Shown: one piece after another, positions 46,369-57,074 of the stretch
Numbering within the stretch: position 1 is the stretch's first letter
Layout: each line of letters starts with the position of its first letter
Assembly (NCBI GenBank): GCA_034679225.1
Contig: JAXDBC010000094.1
Location: 960 to 64,959 of the forward strand
Source: Bacteroidales bacterium
GTDB taxonomy: Bacteria > Bacteroidota > Bacteroidia > Bacteroidales > VadinHA17
Length of the DNA: 64,000 bases
Direction of reading: 5' to 3'
Notes under the pieces: model-generated
Databases searched by the model: none
Seen by the model: only the letters and a program-made list of their open reading frames with translations
Told to the model about the DNA's origin: nothing
Position numbers and translations under genes: made by a program

Positions 46369-47313
46369 ATGACCAGAATAATAATTCCCCTCCTTATTCT
46401 TTGCCTGACAAATTCATGTGCTACATTACTTAACAGCAAAACAAAACGAATTGATATTATTACAAACACTCCTGCAAAAGTGACTCTGAATAATCAAACT
46501 CTGGAGAATGTAAATAACCGGACGAAATTTATTGCTCTCAGAGATATCAGACCAATAAATCTTTCAGTGTACAATGATTCGGTAATAAAGAATATTAGCC
46601 TTGATGCTAAAAACTCATTCGCATACTGGATGAATATTTACCCGACATTGGGTCTTGGTATGCTTGTGGATAAGGATAAGCCCAACAGATACACCTACCC
46701 GGGCCGGGTTTATATTGATATGACGAATAATGAGCCAAAATTCACAACATATTATCCATTTTACAGAAAAGGGAGCACTGTTCTTAATGCCTCATTACCA
46801 CATATTAACGCGTTTCTGCTAAAACCTGTTGGTGAAGATTCAACTATGAGTAGTCTTGGATTTTGGGGCATTAAGCTGGGAGTAAATTACTTCCATAATA
46901 AAAATCAATTTTGGGATTTATCCCTGAGTGCTGTATCCGATTTTTTTGCTCCATTTCCGGGAGCAATTGATATTATGGGTGAATATGATTTAATGACTTC
47001 GATTTACAGCTCATTTTCACACAACCATAGAATTGGCAGACTATCATTGGGATATGGATTGAGTTTTTCAAAAAACACCTGGGATCACAGATATTATGAC
47101 AGATTTGATGCACCGCCGCCATTAAGAGAACCTTTCAAAAAGTCTGAATATAGTCTTGGATTTGTATTCCCGGCTTATTATCAATTAGGTGAATATTTTT
47201 ATATGGGCCTGATCTACAGACCAACATTTTTAAAACTTCATCCGGAAACACAAATGGTTTATGAACATCTGATCAGCTTTGATTTTGCATGGAAATTTAA
47301 CCTGACAAAATAA
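46369..47313 (+). CDS. Hypothetical lipoprotein / possible outer-membrane beta-barrel protein
   Basis: Lipobox LTNSC. The C-terminal half has alternating aromatic-rich strands and ends ...ISFDFAWKFNLTK. No family recognised. Confidence 0.5.
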   Translation: MTRIIIPLLILCLTNSCATLLNSKTKRIDIITNTPAKVTLNNQTLENVNNRTKFIALRDIRPINLSVYNDSVIKNISLDAKNSFAYWMNIYPTLGLGMLVDKDKPNRYTYPGRVYIDMTNNEPKFTTYYPFYRKGSTVLNASLPHINAFLLKPVGEDSTMSSLGFWGIKLGVNYFHNKNQFWDLSLSAVSDFFAPFPGAIDIMGEYDLMTSIYSSFSHNHRIGRLSLGYGLSFSKNTWDHRYYDRFDAPPPLREPFKKSEYSLGFVFPAYYQLGEYFYMGLIYRPTFLKLHPETQMVYEHLISFDFAWKFNLTK

Positions 47314-47774
47314 CTATTGCCAACTGCCCGGTATTTGTCATTGGCGTTCCGCAGCGCGAATGCAAAAATATACGCGACTCTGAACCAACAAAACATTATT
47401 CACATCTAGTGCACAGAATATTGGACGAAAACCGGGCAGACGCCAAGTCGTTGATTAATGAATTAAAAAATTTAAAGATGGAATCAACTCAGAACAAGAA
47501 ATTAGAACAGAAAGTACCGGACTCAGAATCCAAGACGATAGAGAATATCTTGAGAAGATTCAGCGAAAAAATCATCTGACCAATCATGCGCTCAATTTAT
47601 AAGCAGCACTGTAAGTTCAACTTCAAAGTTTAATTTATTAGAAGTGCAGCACCCTAAAAATTGGGGTTTACAAACATTTTCTGTAACATTGCGCCCGCTA
47701 TTTGTACCCCTGCCCTCACGTTTTATTGCATTTTGCAGGGTATTCACCGGGCGAGCAGCCAATACGATAATAAT

Positions 47775-48956
47775 ATGAGGCAAAAAAATAGTGCCTTTGC
47801 CGCCAATTTCATCGGGATTTTCCTTTTTGGAATCTCCATGGTCATCATCGGTTCAACGCTTCCATTGTTGAAAGAAAAGTTCGGCATGACCGATATCCAG
47901 GCCGGCAGTCTTTTCTCTATCCTTCCCGTTGGAATACTTATCGGTTCAATCACGTTTGGCCCCATTGCCGATAAATGGGGCTATCGCTGGGTGCTTTCCA
48001 CCGCGGGCCTCTTCCTGGGGCTTGGTTTTTTCGGAATTGCTCACGCCCACTCCATTGATCTGTTGCGGCTTTGCATTCTGGTTTTCGGCGTAGGTGGAGG
48101 TGTCATGAACGGCGCCACAAGCGCATTGATAGCCGATTTGAGCGAAACCCGAAACAAAATCGCCAACCTCAACTGGCTGGGTGCATTTTTCGGCATCGGC
48201 GCTTTTTGTATGCCCATTGCTATGACACTGATTAACAGTATGCATTACGTTATGCTTATCGATATTGCCTGCGGTTTAAGCATTCTGGTTGCCGTGCTTT
48301 TTGCCGTGATCAGCTACCCAATCACGGTTGAAAAAGAAAAAATATCGTTCAGGCTTGTTCCCATTTTCGTGAAAAACAGGATGTTCCTCATGATCTGTTT
48401 TTACCTGTTTTTTCAATCGGCTTTTGAAGCCATAGTAAACAACTGGTCGGTATCGTTTTTCATGGACAGTGTAGGCGTTGTGCAGGAAAAAGCGTTGGTA
48501 GCATTATCATTCTCGGTACTTGGTATGATCATGATGCGCGTACTCACGGGAAGCATTTTCAAATTATTGTCCTACAATCAATTAATCCGAATAGCGCTCA
48601 CGCTGCTTACACTCGGGCTTATTTGCCTGATACTTCCCGCACCCTATTTCGTACGCGTTGCCGGGTTGTTTTTCCTCGGTACCGGATTGGCTCCCGGGTT
48701 TCCGGTTATGCTGGGTGTAGTGGCCGGGATCTTCAAAAACGTTTCGGCCACGGCATTTAGTTTCGCCATGGTTATCGCGCTTACCGGGAATATCATTATT
48801 AATTACCTTACCGGGGTTTTCGTGGATAAATTCGGAGTTGGCGTTTACCTGTACGTGGTACTGATTGAGATCATCGCTATGGTGATTGTCTTTGGACTGA
48901 TACGCTCAAGCGAGAAGAAAACGGAATCCGGACCTGTCCTGCAGCCTCCGAAATAA
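47775..48956 (+). CDS. MFS transporter
   Basis: About 393 aa from ATG 47775, with 12 hydrophobic segments and an MFS-like loop motif GPIADKWGYR. Confidence 0.8.
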   Translation: MRQKNSAFAANFIGIFLFGISMVIIGSTLPLLKEKFGMTDIQAGSLFSILPVGILIGSITFGPIADKWGYRWVLSTAGLFLGLGFFGIAHAHSIDLLRLCILVFGVGGGVMNGATSALIADLSETRNKIANLNWLGAFFGIGAFCMPIAMTLINSMHYVMLIDIACGLSILVAVLFAVISYPITVEKEKISFRLVPIFVKNRMFLMICFYLFFQSAFEAIVNNWSVSFFMDSVGVVQEKALVALSFSVLGMIMMRVLTGSIFKLLSYNQLIRIALTLLTLGLICLILPAPYFVRVAGLFFLGTGLAPGFPVMLGVVAGIFKNVSATAFSFAMVIALTGNIIINYLTGVFVDKFGVGVYLYVVLIEIIAMVIVFGLIRSSEKKTESGPVLQPPK

Positions 48957-49023
48957 TCCTCGCCCGGAAAAAGTCCTTAAAAACACAAACCTCTGATAAC
49001 CAGGGGTTATTTTATCGATTTCG

Positions 49024-49096
49024 TGATCCCGGAGAGACTCGAACTCTCAACCAACAGAACCGGAATCTGTCATTCTATCCATTGAACTACGGGACC
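49024..49096 (-). tRNA. tRNA-Arg (anticodon CCG)
   Basis: The minus strand reads GGTCCCGTAGTTCAATGGATAGAATGACAGATTCCGGTTCTGTTGGTTGAGAGTTCGAGTCTCTCCGGGATCA. Anticodon loop TTCCGGT and T-arm GAGAGTTCGAGTCTCTC. Confidence 0.85.
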
Positions 49097-49108
49097 TGTT
49101 ACTGCCCC

Positions 49109-49116
49109 CAAAAGTA
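49109..49116 (-). promoter_or_regulatory. -7 promoter box (TAnnTTTG) for tRNA-Arg
   Basis: The plus strand reads CAAAAGTA, which is TACTTTTG on the minus strand, 13 nt upstream of the mature tRNA 5' end. Confidence 0.45.
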
Positions 49117-49259
49117 AAACCATTGGAGCGGTTTTACAATTAAATGCCAAAGTTTTTCTATTTTCGCAAACTTAAAAGACGGATGACGGTATTTCTTTCT
49201 CCGGGCTCACGTCTCAGGCCTTCGGCCGCTTTTTTAACAAACTTATTGTTGTATAACAA

Positions 49260-51926
49260 ATGGACTACAACTTCAAAGCCATAGAGGAAAAATGGCAGGA
49301 TTACTGGGAAAAAAACAAGACATTCAAAACGCCCGATGATCTTGATAATCCTAAAAAATGCTACGTACTTGACATGTTTCCCTACCCGTCGGGAACAGGC
49401 CTTCACGTAGGCCACCCCGAAGGATACACAGCCACCGACATATACTCGAGATTCAAAAGGATGAAAGGATTCAACGTCCTTCATCCGATGGGCTGGGACG
49501 CTTTCGGACTTCCTGCCGAACAATACGCTATCCAAACGGGAACACATCCCGCCATTACTACAAACAAAAACTGCGACACTTTCAGAAGACAGATAAAAAG
49601 CCTTGGACTAAGCTACGACTGGGACAGGGAAATAAACACCACCGATCCAAAATATTTCAAATGGACCCAGTGGATCTTCATCCGCCTCTTCAATACATGG
49701 TTCGACGAAAACCTGCAGAAAGGAAGACCTGTTAATGAATTAACAATACCTGATGAAATTAAATCGCTGGGAGATAAGGAGGTCAGAAAATATATCGACT
49801 CCCGCAGGCTTGCATATTACGAAAATGCCCAGGTCTGGTACTGTTCAAGCTGCAGGATAGTGTGCGCAAACGAAGAGGTCCTCAACGACGGTTCGCATGA
49901 AAAATGCGGCAACCAGGTTGAAAAGAAGTATCTCAAGCAATGGATGCTCAGAATCCCCCTTTATGCCGAAAGACTTCTGAAAGGTATCGACGGCCTGAAC
50001 TGGCCTGAAGGTATAAAGGAAATGCAGAGAAACTGGATCGGGCGTTCCACCGGTGCCGAGGTCGATTTCCGGATAGAAGGCCTCGATGAAAGTCTCACCG
50101 TTTTCACAACCAGACCCGACACCCTGTTCGGAGCCACCTACATGGTGATTGCCCCCGAACACCATCTCGTTGATAAAATAACCACCGACAGCCACCGGAA
50201 ACAGGTGGAACAATATGTAAAACAGTCGGCCCTTAAATCGGATCTCGACAGAACCGACCTGGCAAAGGAGAAAACAGGTGTCTTCACCGGTAGATATGCC
50301 CTGAATCCGGTTAATAACTCCAGAATCCCGATATGGATTGCCGACTATGTGCTGACCGGATACGGAACGGGAGCAATCATGGCAGTTCCCGCGCATGACA
50401 CAAGGGACTTCGAGTTCGCCGAAAAATTCGGCCTGCCCATAATATGCATCCAGGACCCCGACGTCAGCGACGCGGAACAGAGAGCCAGAATCCTGGAAGG
50501 CAATGAGTGCTGGACTGAGGACGGAATATATATCAACTCCTCAGATCCGGTGACCGGCATCGATATAAACGGCCTGAACAAGGAGGCCGGAATTGAAAAG
50601 ATAATAAGATGGCTCGAGTCGCGGAACCTGGGAAGGGCAAAGGTTAACTACAAGCTGCGCGACTGGCTGTTCAGCCGCCAGAGATACTGGGGTGAACCCT
50701 TCCCCGTGGTTCACTGGGATGACGGAGAGATAAGCGTCATTGATGAAAAGGAACTACCACTGGAACTGCCGGCACTTGAAAAATACATACCGGGCGAATC
50801 GGGCGAGTCTCCTCTTGCAAACGCGGGAGAATGGCTGAACGTGGTAGACGCTAACGGACGCGGGGGAAGAAGGGAAACAAACACAATGCCCCAGTGGGCC
50901 GGATCGTGCTGGTACTACCTTCGATTCATCGACCCGCGTAACGACCAGGTTATATTCGACAGCGAAAAGGAAAAATACTGGATGCCTGTCGACCTTTATA
51001 TCGGAGGCGCTGAACATGCAGTGCTTCACCTGCTTTATAGCAGGTTCTGGCATAAGGTGCTGTTCGACCTCGGCATTGTATCGACCGACGAACCCTACCA
51101 GAGGCTCTTCAACCAGGGAATGATACTTGCATTCGCTTACGAAAACCAAACCGGGGCAAAGGTCCCGGCTGACCAGATTACGGAAAAGAATGGAAAATAC
51201 TACAATACGCAAACCGGCGAGGAATTGAAGCAGATCGTGGCTAAAATGTCGAAATCACTCAAGAATGTAGTAAACCCCGACGATGTCACCGAAAAATACG
51301 GCGCCGATTCACTGAGGCTATACGAAATGTTCATGGGACCTCTCGACGTGATGAAACCATGGGACGAAAGGAATGTAAAGGGAGTGTTCAATTTCATAAG
51401 CCGCACCTACAGGTTCTTCTCCGAACCGGGAAACATAAGCACCGGCGAAGAGGATATCGAAATCCTGAAGGGACTCCACAGAACGATAAGGAAAGTCGAA
51501 GAGGATATCGAGAACCTGAAATTCAATACCGCGATCTCGGAAATGATGATCTTCCTTAACCTTGTGTATAAAAAAGGAAAGGTCAACAAAGAAACAGCAG
51601 GCAGCTTCATCCTGATACTGTCTGCCTTTGCTCCCCACCTGGGAGAGGAACTCTGGCAGATACTGGGACACGATCACAGCCTGGCATACGAACCATGGCC
51701 TGAAGTTAACCCGGAATATCTGAAAGTCGATATTATAGAATATCCCGTTTCCTTCAACGGCAAAATGAGATTCAAGATAGAACTCCCGGCCGAAATGAAT
51801 AAGGATGATATTGAAAAAGCTGTTTTGGCTGATGCGCGCTCAGAAAAATGGACCGGAGGATCGAAGCCGCTCAAGGTGGTGGTCGTTCCCGGCAAAATAG
51901 TCAATGTTGTTGTCAAACCCTGCTAA
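49260..51926 (+). CDS. leuS: Leucine--tRNA ligase
   Basis: 888 aa with the HIGH-type motif HVGHPEGY and the KMSKS motif (AKMSKSLKN). Confidence 0.95.
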   Translation: MDYNFKAIEEKWQDYWEKNKTFKTPDDLDNPKKCYVLDMFPYPSGTGLHVGHPEGYTATDIYSRFKRMKGFNVLHPMGWDAFGLPAEQYAIQTGTHPAITTNKNCDTFRRQIKSLGLSYDWDREINTTDPKYFKWTQWIFIRLFNTWFDENLQKGRPVNELTIPDEIKSLGDKEVRKYIDSRRLAYYENAQVWYCSSCRIVCANEEVLNDGSHEKCGNQVEKKYLKQWMLRIPLYAERLLKGIDGLNWPEGIKEMQRNWIGRSTGAEVDFRIEGLDESLTVFTTRPDTLFGATYMVIAPEHHLVDKITTDSHRKQVEQYVKQSALKSDLDRTDLAKEKTGVFTGRYALNPVNNSRIPIWIADYVLTGYGTGAIMAVPAHDTRDFEFAEKFGLPIICIQDPDVSDAEQRARILEGNECWTEDGIYINSSDPVTGIDINGLNKEAGIEKIIRWLESRNLGRAKVNYKLRDWLFSRQRYWGEPFPVVHWDDGEISVIDEKELPLELPALEKYIPGESGESPLANAGEWLNVVDANGRGGRRETNTMPQWAGSCWYYLRFIDPRNDQVIFDSEKEKYWMPVDLYIGGAEHAVLHLLYSRFWHKVLFDLGIVSTDEPYQRLFNQGMILAFAYENQTGAKVPADQITEKNGKYYNTQTGEELKQIVAKMSKSLKNVVNPDDVTEKYGADSLRLYEMFMGPLDVMKPWDERNVKGVFNFISRTYRFFSEPGNISTGEEDIEILKGLHRTIRKVEEDIENLKFNTAISEMMIFLNLVYKKGKVNKETAGSFILILSAFAPHLGEELWQILGHDHSLAYEPWPEVNPEYLKVDIIEYPVSFNGKMRFKIELPAEMNKDDIEKAVLADARSEKWTGGSKPLKVVVVPGKIVNVVVKPC

Positions 51927-51940
51927 AGAATAAATCAGTA

Positions 51941-53179
51941 ATGCCCTTCCGGACCGGATTAATTGTCACAGTACTTTTCATATTATTCACATTTTCATGC
52001 AATGAGGCAGTCAACGAATTGAAATCCCTGCCTCAGACAGCTCCTCCGGATACGACGGCAGTAAGAGAAACAGCAAAAACATTCATGTACGGGATCCCTG
52101 CCGACTCGTTCGACCTGGTGAACGGACAGATCAGAAAAAACGAACTCCTGGCTACAATCCTTCTCAGGTATGGGATCAGTATGGAGGAAACAGAGATGGT
52201 GGTCAGAAACTCTGCAGCGGTATTCGATGTACGAAAAATCAGATCGGGAAACAATTATACGGTATTCTGCAGAAAGGACAGCCTGGCCCGTGCCGCGTAC
52301 TTCGTGTATGAGCATGATCCTACAAGTTGCTATGTATTCAGCTTCACCGATTCGCTTAATATTACTCCCTACAGCAAGGAGGTCAGAAAAGAAATCAGGT
52401 ATGCCGGCGGGACCATCGAAACTTCACTCTGGGATGCAATGGTCCTTAATGGTTTGCACCCTTCACTGGTTATTGGGCTTTCCGATATCTATGCCTGGAG
52501 CATCGATTTTTTCGGGCTGCAGAAGGGAGATAGCTTCAAGGTAATTTATGAGGAAATGTCGATTGATGATAAACCGCTGGGAATATCGAGGATTTATGGT
52601 GCATCATTTACCGGTTCGGGAACTACCATCTATGCCATCCCTTTTATCCAGGATGGCCGCGAAAGCTATTTCGACAGTGAGGGCAACTCGCTGAGAAAAG
52701 CATTTCTGAAAGCTCCTCTGCAATATTCAAGAGTCTCATCCCGCTTTTCAGCCGGCAGGCTTCATCCCATTCTGAGAATAAGACGACCGCACCACGGTGT
52801 CGACTATGCCGCGCCGGTGGGAACCCCGGTTCATGCAGTGGGCGACGGCCGTGTAACACAGGCAAGCTACGACAGCGGATCGGGCAGAATGGTCAGGATT
52901 GTCCACAACAGCGTCTATTCAACGGCTTACCTTCACCTGAGCAGGTTCGGGGCAGGAATTGCTCCGGGAGTATATGTAAAACAGGGAGATGTTATCGGAT
53001 ATGTTGGCAGTTCAGGGCTCTCAACAGGGCCTCATCTCGACTTCAGGTTCTTTATGAACGGCTCCCCGGTCGACCCCCTGAAGGTTGAAGCTCCCCCGGT
53101 GGAACCGGTGGCGGAGGCAAATATGCCGGCATTCGAAAAGACCAGAACAGTGATACTTAGTCTGCTCGATACCTTTTAA
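51941..53179 (+). CDS. M23 family metallopeptidase
   Basis: The ATG at 51941 gives the signal peptide MPFRTGLIVTVLFILFTFSC. Motifs HHGVDYAAPVGTPV and GSSGLSTGPHLDFR. The ORF-track start 51848 overlaps leuS. Confidence 0.85.
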   Translation: MPFRTGLIVTVLFILFTFSCNEAVNELKSLPQTAPPDTTAVRETAKTFMYGIPADSFDLVNGQIRKNELLATILLRYGISMEETEMVVRNSAAVFDVRKIRSGNNYTVFCRKDSLARAAYFVYEHDPTSCYVFSFTDSLNITPYSKEVRKEIRYAGGTIETSLWDAMVLNGLHPSLVIGLSDIYAWSIDFFGLQKGDSFKVIYEEMSIDDKPLGISRIYGASFTGSGTTIYAIPFIQDGRESYFDSEGNSLRKAFLKAPLQYSRVSSRFSAGRLHPILRIRRPHHGVDYAAPVGTPVHAVGDGRVTQASYDSGSGRMVRIVHNSVYSTAYLHLSRFGAGIAPGVYVKQGDVIGYVGSSGLSTGPHLDFRFFMNGSPVDPLKVEAPPVEPVAEANMPAFEKTRTVILSLLDTF

Positions 53180-53194
53180 TTTTAATTAAAGATA

Positions 53195-53767
53195 TCAGGG
53201 AAGTCTGCTGACAAGATCTTCAATCACAGAAGGAAAGTGCATATATTCAAGAGCATGAACCCTTGAGGCCAGCTCTGCAGGCGAATCCCCGTCCAGAACC
53301 GGACAGCTTGCCTGAAAGATAATATCACCTTCATCATAGTTGCTGTTAACATAATGAATGGTAATTCCCGATTGCCTGTCACCCGACTTTATTACAGCTT
53401 CGTGCACCCGGTCTCCATACATCCCCTTTCCCCCGTAACCTGGTAACAGCGCCGGATGAATATTAACTATCCTGTTGGCGTAAACATCAATTATAGCGGA
53501 TGGAACAAGCCACAGAAAACCGGCAAGCACAATGAAATCAACCTCGTGTTCCCTTAACATTTCCAACACCCTTCCATTATCACTGAAATCCTTCCGGTCG
53601 AAAAACACTGATGGTACGCCAAGCGACGCAGCACGCTTAAGCACATAGGCATCCCGACGATTTGACAGAACCAGGCAAACCCTTGCCGAATCCCTGTTCG
53701 AAAAATACTTTATTATGTTTTCAGCATTGGTTCCGGACCCTGAAGCAAATATGGCTATGTTCTTCAT
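53195..53767 (-). CDS. purN: Phosphoribosylglycinamide formyltransferase
   Basis: 190 aa with motifs ASGSGTNAE, NIHPALLP and a formyl-transferase core. Confidence 0.9.
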   Translation of the reverse strand: MKNIAIFASGSGTNAENIIKYFSNRDSARVCLVLSNRRDAYVLKRAASLGVPSVFFDRKDFSDNGRVLEMLREHEVDFIVLAGFLWLVPSAIIDVYANRIVNIHPALLPGYGGKGMYGDRVHEAVIKSGDRQSGITIHYVNSNYDEGDIIFQASCPVLDGDSPAELASRVHALEYMHFPSVIEDLVSRLP

Positions 53768-53946
53768 TCAATGATAGTTGTATTAATTGCCGGGAATTAT
53801 ACACCTTCCTTTTGTCTAAGATTATTGTATTGTTTTTCAATAAATTAGACCGGCAGATAAATAAAAACCATGAAAACATTTGAAAATATTGTACAAATAT
53901 ATTTCTTTGCAAGGTTTTCCAATATTATTAATTTAAATTTAAAATT

Positions 53947-54183
53947 ATGGCAGACATTGCTACAAGAGTAAAAGAGATTATAGTTGATAAGCTTGGAGTT
54001 GATGAATCTGAAGTCACTCCCGAAGCCAGTTTCACCAATGACCTTGGAGCTGACTCTCTTGATACTGTTGAATTAATCATGGAATTTGAAAAAGAATTCA
54101 ACATCGGAATTCCTGACGATCAGGCTGAAAGCATCAGTACCGTGGGTGATGCTATCAAGTATATAGAGGAGAATGCAAAATAG
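53947..54183 (+). CDS. acpP: Acyl carrier protein
   Basis: 78 aa with the phosphopantetheine site [13 protein letters not shown]. Confidence 0.95.
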   Translation: MADIATRVKEIIVDKLGVDESEVTPEASFTNDLGADSLDTVELIMEFEKEFNIGIPDDQAESISTVGDAIKYIEENAK

Positions 54184-54207
54184 TTTTGCATTTATAAATA
54201 TCCTATT

Positions 54208-55455
54208 ATGAGACGAGTCGTAGTAACCGGGCTTGGAGCATTAACTCCAATAGGGAAGAATTTGCATGAATATTGGGAAGGATTAAAAAACGGAATCAGT
54301 GGATCAGATCTGATCACCAGATTTAATACAGAAAAATTCAAGACCAGGTTTGCATGTGAATTAAAAGGCTATGACTCCTCAAACTATTTTGAAAGAAAAG
54401 AAGCAAACAAACTCGACTTATTTGCCCAGTATGCCCATATTGCATCCGATGAGGCCATTGCAGATGCAGGCCTGTTAAGCGACAAGGTTAACAAGGAAAG
54501 AATAGGAGTAATATGGGCATCCGGCATTGGTGGAATTGATACATTCTATCAGACCATCAAGTCGTTCGTTGAAGGGGACAGTATCCCGAGGTTCAGTCCC
54601 TACTTCATTCCGAAGATGATAAGCGACATAGCTTCAGGATCAATCTCAATTAAATACGGCTTCAACGGTCCCAACTTCAGCACTGTTTCTGCATGTGCCT
54701 CTTCAACAAATGCATTAATCGATGCCTTTAACTATATAAAGTGGGGCAAAGCTGATGTTTTTGTAACCGGAGGTTCTGAAGCAGCAATAAATGAGCCGGG
54801 TATCGGCGGTTTCAACTCAATGCAGGCCATGTCGGTCAATAATGCCGAATACAAGACGGCATCGAGGCCTTTCGACCTCACTCGTGACGGTTTCGTAATG
54901 GGAGAAGGTGCAGGTGCACTTATAATTGAGGAATACAAACACGCCCTTGCAAGAGGGGCAAAAATATATGCCGAGATTATTGGAGGCGGTATGAGCGCCG
55001 ATGCCTTCCACCTCACAGCGCCTCATCCTGAGGGCCTCGGAGCAACAAGCGTAATGAAACTGGCTATCGAGGATGCCGGACTTAAACCAACTGACATCGA
55101 TTATATTAATGTTCACGGCACCTCTACACCTCTTGGTGATATCCCGGAAGCAAAAGCAATTGTGAATGTTTTCGGGGAACATGCCTATAAGCTGAATATC
55201 AGCGCCACTAAATCGATGACAGGTCATCTTCTCGGCGCCGCGGGAGCGATCGAAGCAATAGCCGTCATAATGGCCGTGGTAAACGATATCATACCTCCTA
55301 CAATAAACTACAAAGTTCCCGATCCCCAGATAGACCCGAATCTTAATATAACCCCAAATGCAGCCCAGGAAAGAAAAGTAAATTTCGCACTGAGTAATAC
55401 ATTCGGGTTCGGAGGCCACAACGCATCCATTATTATTAAAAAAGCCGGACTTTAG
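54208..55455 (+). CDS. fabF: Beta-ketoacyl-ACP synthase II
   Basis: 415 aa with active-site SACASS, HGTSTPLGD and GHLLGAAG. Confidence 0.95.
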   Translation: MRRVVVTGLGALTPIGKNLHEYWEGLKNGISGSDLITRFNTEKFKTRFACELKGYDSSNYFERKEANKLDLFAQYAHIASDEAIADAGLLSDKVNKERIGVIWASGIGGIDTFYQTIKSFVEGDSIPRFSPYFIPKMISDIASGSISIKYGFNGPNFSTVSACASSTNALIDAFNYIKWGKADVFVTGGSEAAINEPGIGGFNSMQAMSVNNAEYKTASRPFDLTRDGFVMGEGAGALIIEEYKHALARGAKIYAEIIGGGMSADAFHLTAPHPEGLGATSVMKLAIEDAGLKPTDIDYINVHGTSTPLGDIPEAKAIVNVFGEHAYKLNISATKSMTGHLLGAAGAIEAIAVIMAVVNDIIPPTINYKVPDPQIDPNLNITPNAAQERKVNFALSNTFGFGGHNASIIIKKAGL

Positions 55456-55456
55456 T

Positions 55457-56203
55457 GTGTCCTTATTCTCATTAAAAAATAAGGGAACCTACGTCGTCGA
55501 TAAGCAGGAATTCGCTTCCCGCCTCAAAGAGATTACCGGTTTCCGTACATCCAATATACGCCTTTACGAAGCCGCATTCATTCACAGGTCTGCATCATTT
55601 ACACTTCCTGATGGTCAGAGAATAAACAACGAACGGCTCGAGTTCCTGGGAGATGCTATTCTCGATGCGATTCTCTCCGATTATCTTTTTGAGAAATTTC
55701 CCGAAGCCAGCGAGGGAGCCATGACCAAGATCAGGTCGAGGATAGTAAACCGCGAAATACTGAACCAGCTCGCCGTATCAATAGGAATTGACAAGATCCT
55801 GGTTAGCCATGTGAATACCAACTACCCTACCAGAAACCTTTACGGAAACGCCCTCGAAGCCCTGATTGGAGCAATGTTCGTCGACAAGGGGTTCAAAAAG
55901 ACAAAAAAACTGTTCATCAACAGAGTCTTCAACAAGTATCTCGACCTGGAGAAAATAGTTGACAACGATAGCGACTACAAGAGCATGGTTTTCGAATGGA
56001 CCCAGAAAACCAAGGCTAACCTGAGCTTCGAATACGAGGAAGAATATGATTCCGCGCTCCGAAAATCGGTATTCTCGGCAACCCTGCTGATCGATAAAAA
56101 GGTTTACGGTACCGGCCAGGGCGATTCAAAGAAAGAAGCCGAACAGGAAGCCGCTTGCAAGGCATGGTCAATTATAAAAGATTTTAACCACTCAAGGCTT
56201 TAG
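55457..56203 (+). CDS. rnc: Ribonuclease III
   Basis: GTG start directly after the fabF stop. Signature ERLEFLGDA and a C-terminal dsRBD (GTGQGDSKKEAEQEAA). Confidence 0.9.
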   Translation: MSLFSLKNKGTYVVDKQEFASRLKEITGFRTSNIRLYEAAFIHRSASFTLPDGQRINNERLEFLGDAILDAILSDYLFEKFPEASEGAMTKIRSRIVNREILNQLAVSIGIDKILVSHVNTNYPTRNLYGNALEALIGAMFVDKGFKKTKKLFINRVFNKYLDLEKIVDNDSDYKSMVFEWTQKTKANLSFEYEEEYDSALRKSVFSATLLIDKKVYGTGQGDSKKEAEQEAACKAWSIIKDFNHSRL

Positions 56204-56246
56204 CTTCCCGCACTTTTATTAACTTTAGGGCTCAGCATTAAATAAA

Positions 56247-56684
56247 ATGCGTAGCATCGGTAAAATACAGAAGTTCCACCTTCCTGCAAGTGATGATGAT
56301 ATACCATTACTGCTGGGTATTGCTTCGTCAGCACCCGATTACAGGCTCTCGCTTAACCTGAATAAGAAACTTGGAATATCCCTTAAAAGCATCGATCCGG
56401 TTGAATTCAGGGATGAAAAAGACGATGAATACCGTTTCAGCAGGTTTTCCGATTCAGAATCACACACGGCGTACGGGCTGCAGCTGGTGTCAAACAGGTT
56501 CGGAAAGTATTACCTGCTGTCAAAACTTAAGAATTTGGACTTCCTTATACTAATACCGGGATCGACTGATGAACCGGGCCGTGAAAAAATTATTGCTGAC
56601 ATCAGGGAAACCGATTCAGTGACCGGAGTATTCAGCATCGATATCAAGTCGCTCAAGGATAAGAACCTGAAATACCTATTCTAA
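56247..56684 (+). CDS. Hypothetical protein (possibly the IPExxxVDY-family protein that neighbours rnc in Bacteroidota; unverified)
   Basis: 145-aa ORF 43 nt after rnc, followed by a strong terminator. The family guess rests only on recalled synteny and the LLGI.S....YRLS..LN pattern. Confidence 0.5.
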   Translation: MRSIGKIQKFHLPASDDDIPLLLGIASSAPDYRLSLNLNKKLGISLKSIDPVEFRDEKDDEYRFSRFSDSESHTAYGLQLVSNRFGKYYLLSKLKNLDFLILIPGSTDEPGREKIIADIRETDSVTGVFSIDIKSLKDKNLKYLF

Positions 56685-56712
56685 CTAACCAAGCATACCT
56701 GACAAAAAGAAA

Positions 56713-56741
56713 AGCCGCCCCGGGCGGGGCGGCTCCTTTTT
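56713..56741 (+). terminator. Intrinsic terminator after the acpP-fabF-rnc-orf block
   Basis: AGCCGCCCC-GGGC-GGGGCGGCT is a perfect 9-bp GC stem, followed by CCTTTTT. Confidence 0.85.
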
Positions 56742-57074
56742 GATAACCCTAAAACTAACCTAACCTATGAAAAAAACCTCTATACCGTATGAAACAAATA
56801 TCATGCCAAATTCTTTGCAAGGATAAGAAGGGATTTTCTAATTACAAAATATTTTTGCCCCCAAACATCAATATTAACAGAACTTTAATAAATTTTTAAT
56901 TTTCTTAACTTTCCTGAAAATAACGTATCTGCTGCATTCGTGCAGACGGGAACCATAAAAGGGCCTGTATGCGGTTGTTGCCGTAACTGATGGTGCCACG
57001 GTTCAGTTTAGCGGATGTTAAAGAACGTTAAAGGATAGGGTTAATACAATATATACCAGTACTTTTATAGCTGT

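Noticed and set aside
47409-47579. Short open frame (33 codons from ATG 47478, up to 57 from GTG 47409) ending ...ENILRRFSEKII between the lipoprotein and MFS genes
   Set aside because: It is below any length I can support, with no recognisable motif or promoter box. It could be a remnant of a decayed gene, but I cannot show that.
56850-57074. TATTTTTG box 218 nt upstream of the histidine-kinase gene, suggesting a long leader or orphan sRNA
   Set aside because: A single 8-mer match in AT-rich DNA is expected by chance. I could not draw a convincing structure or terminator downstream.
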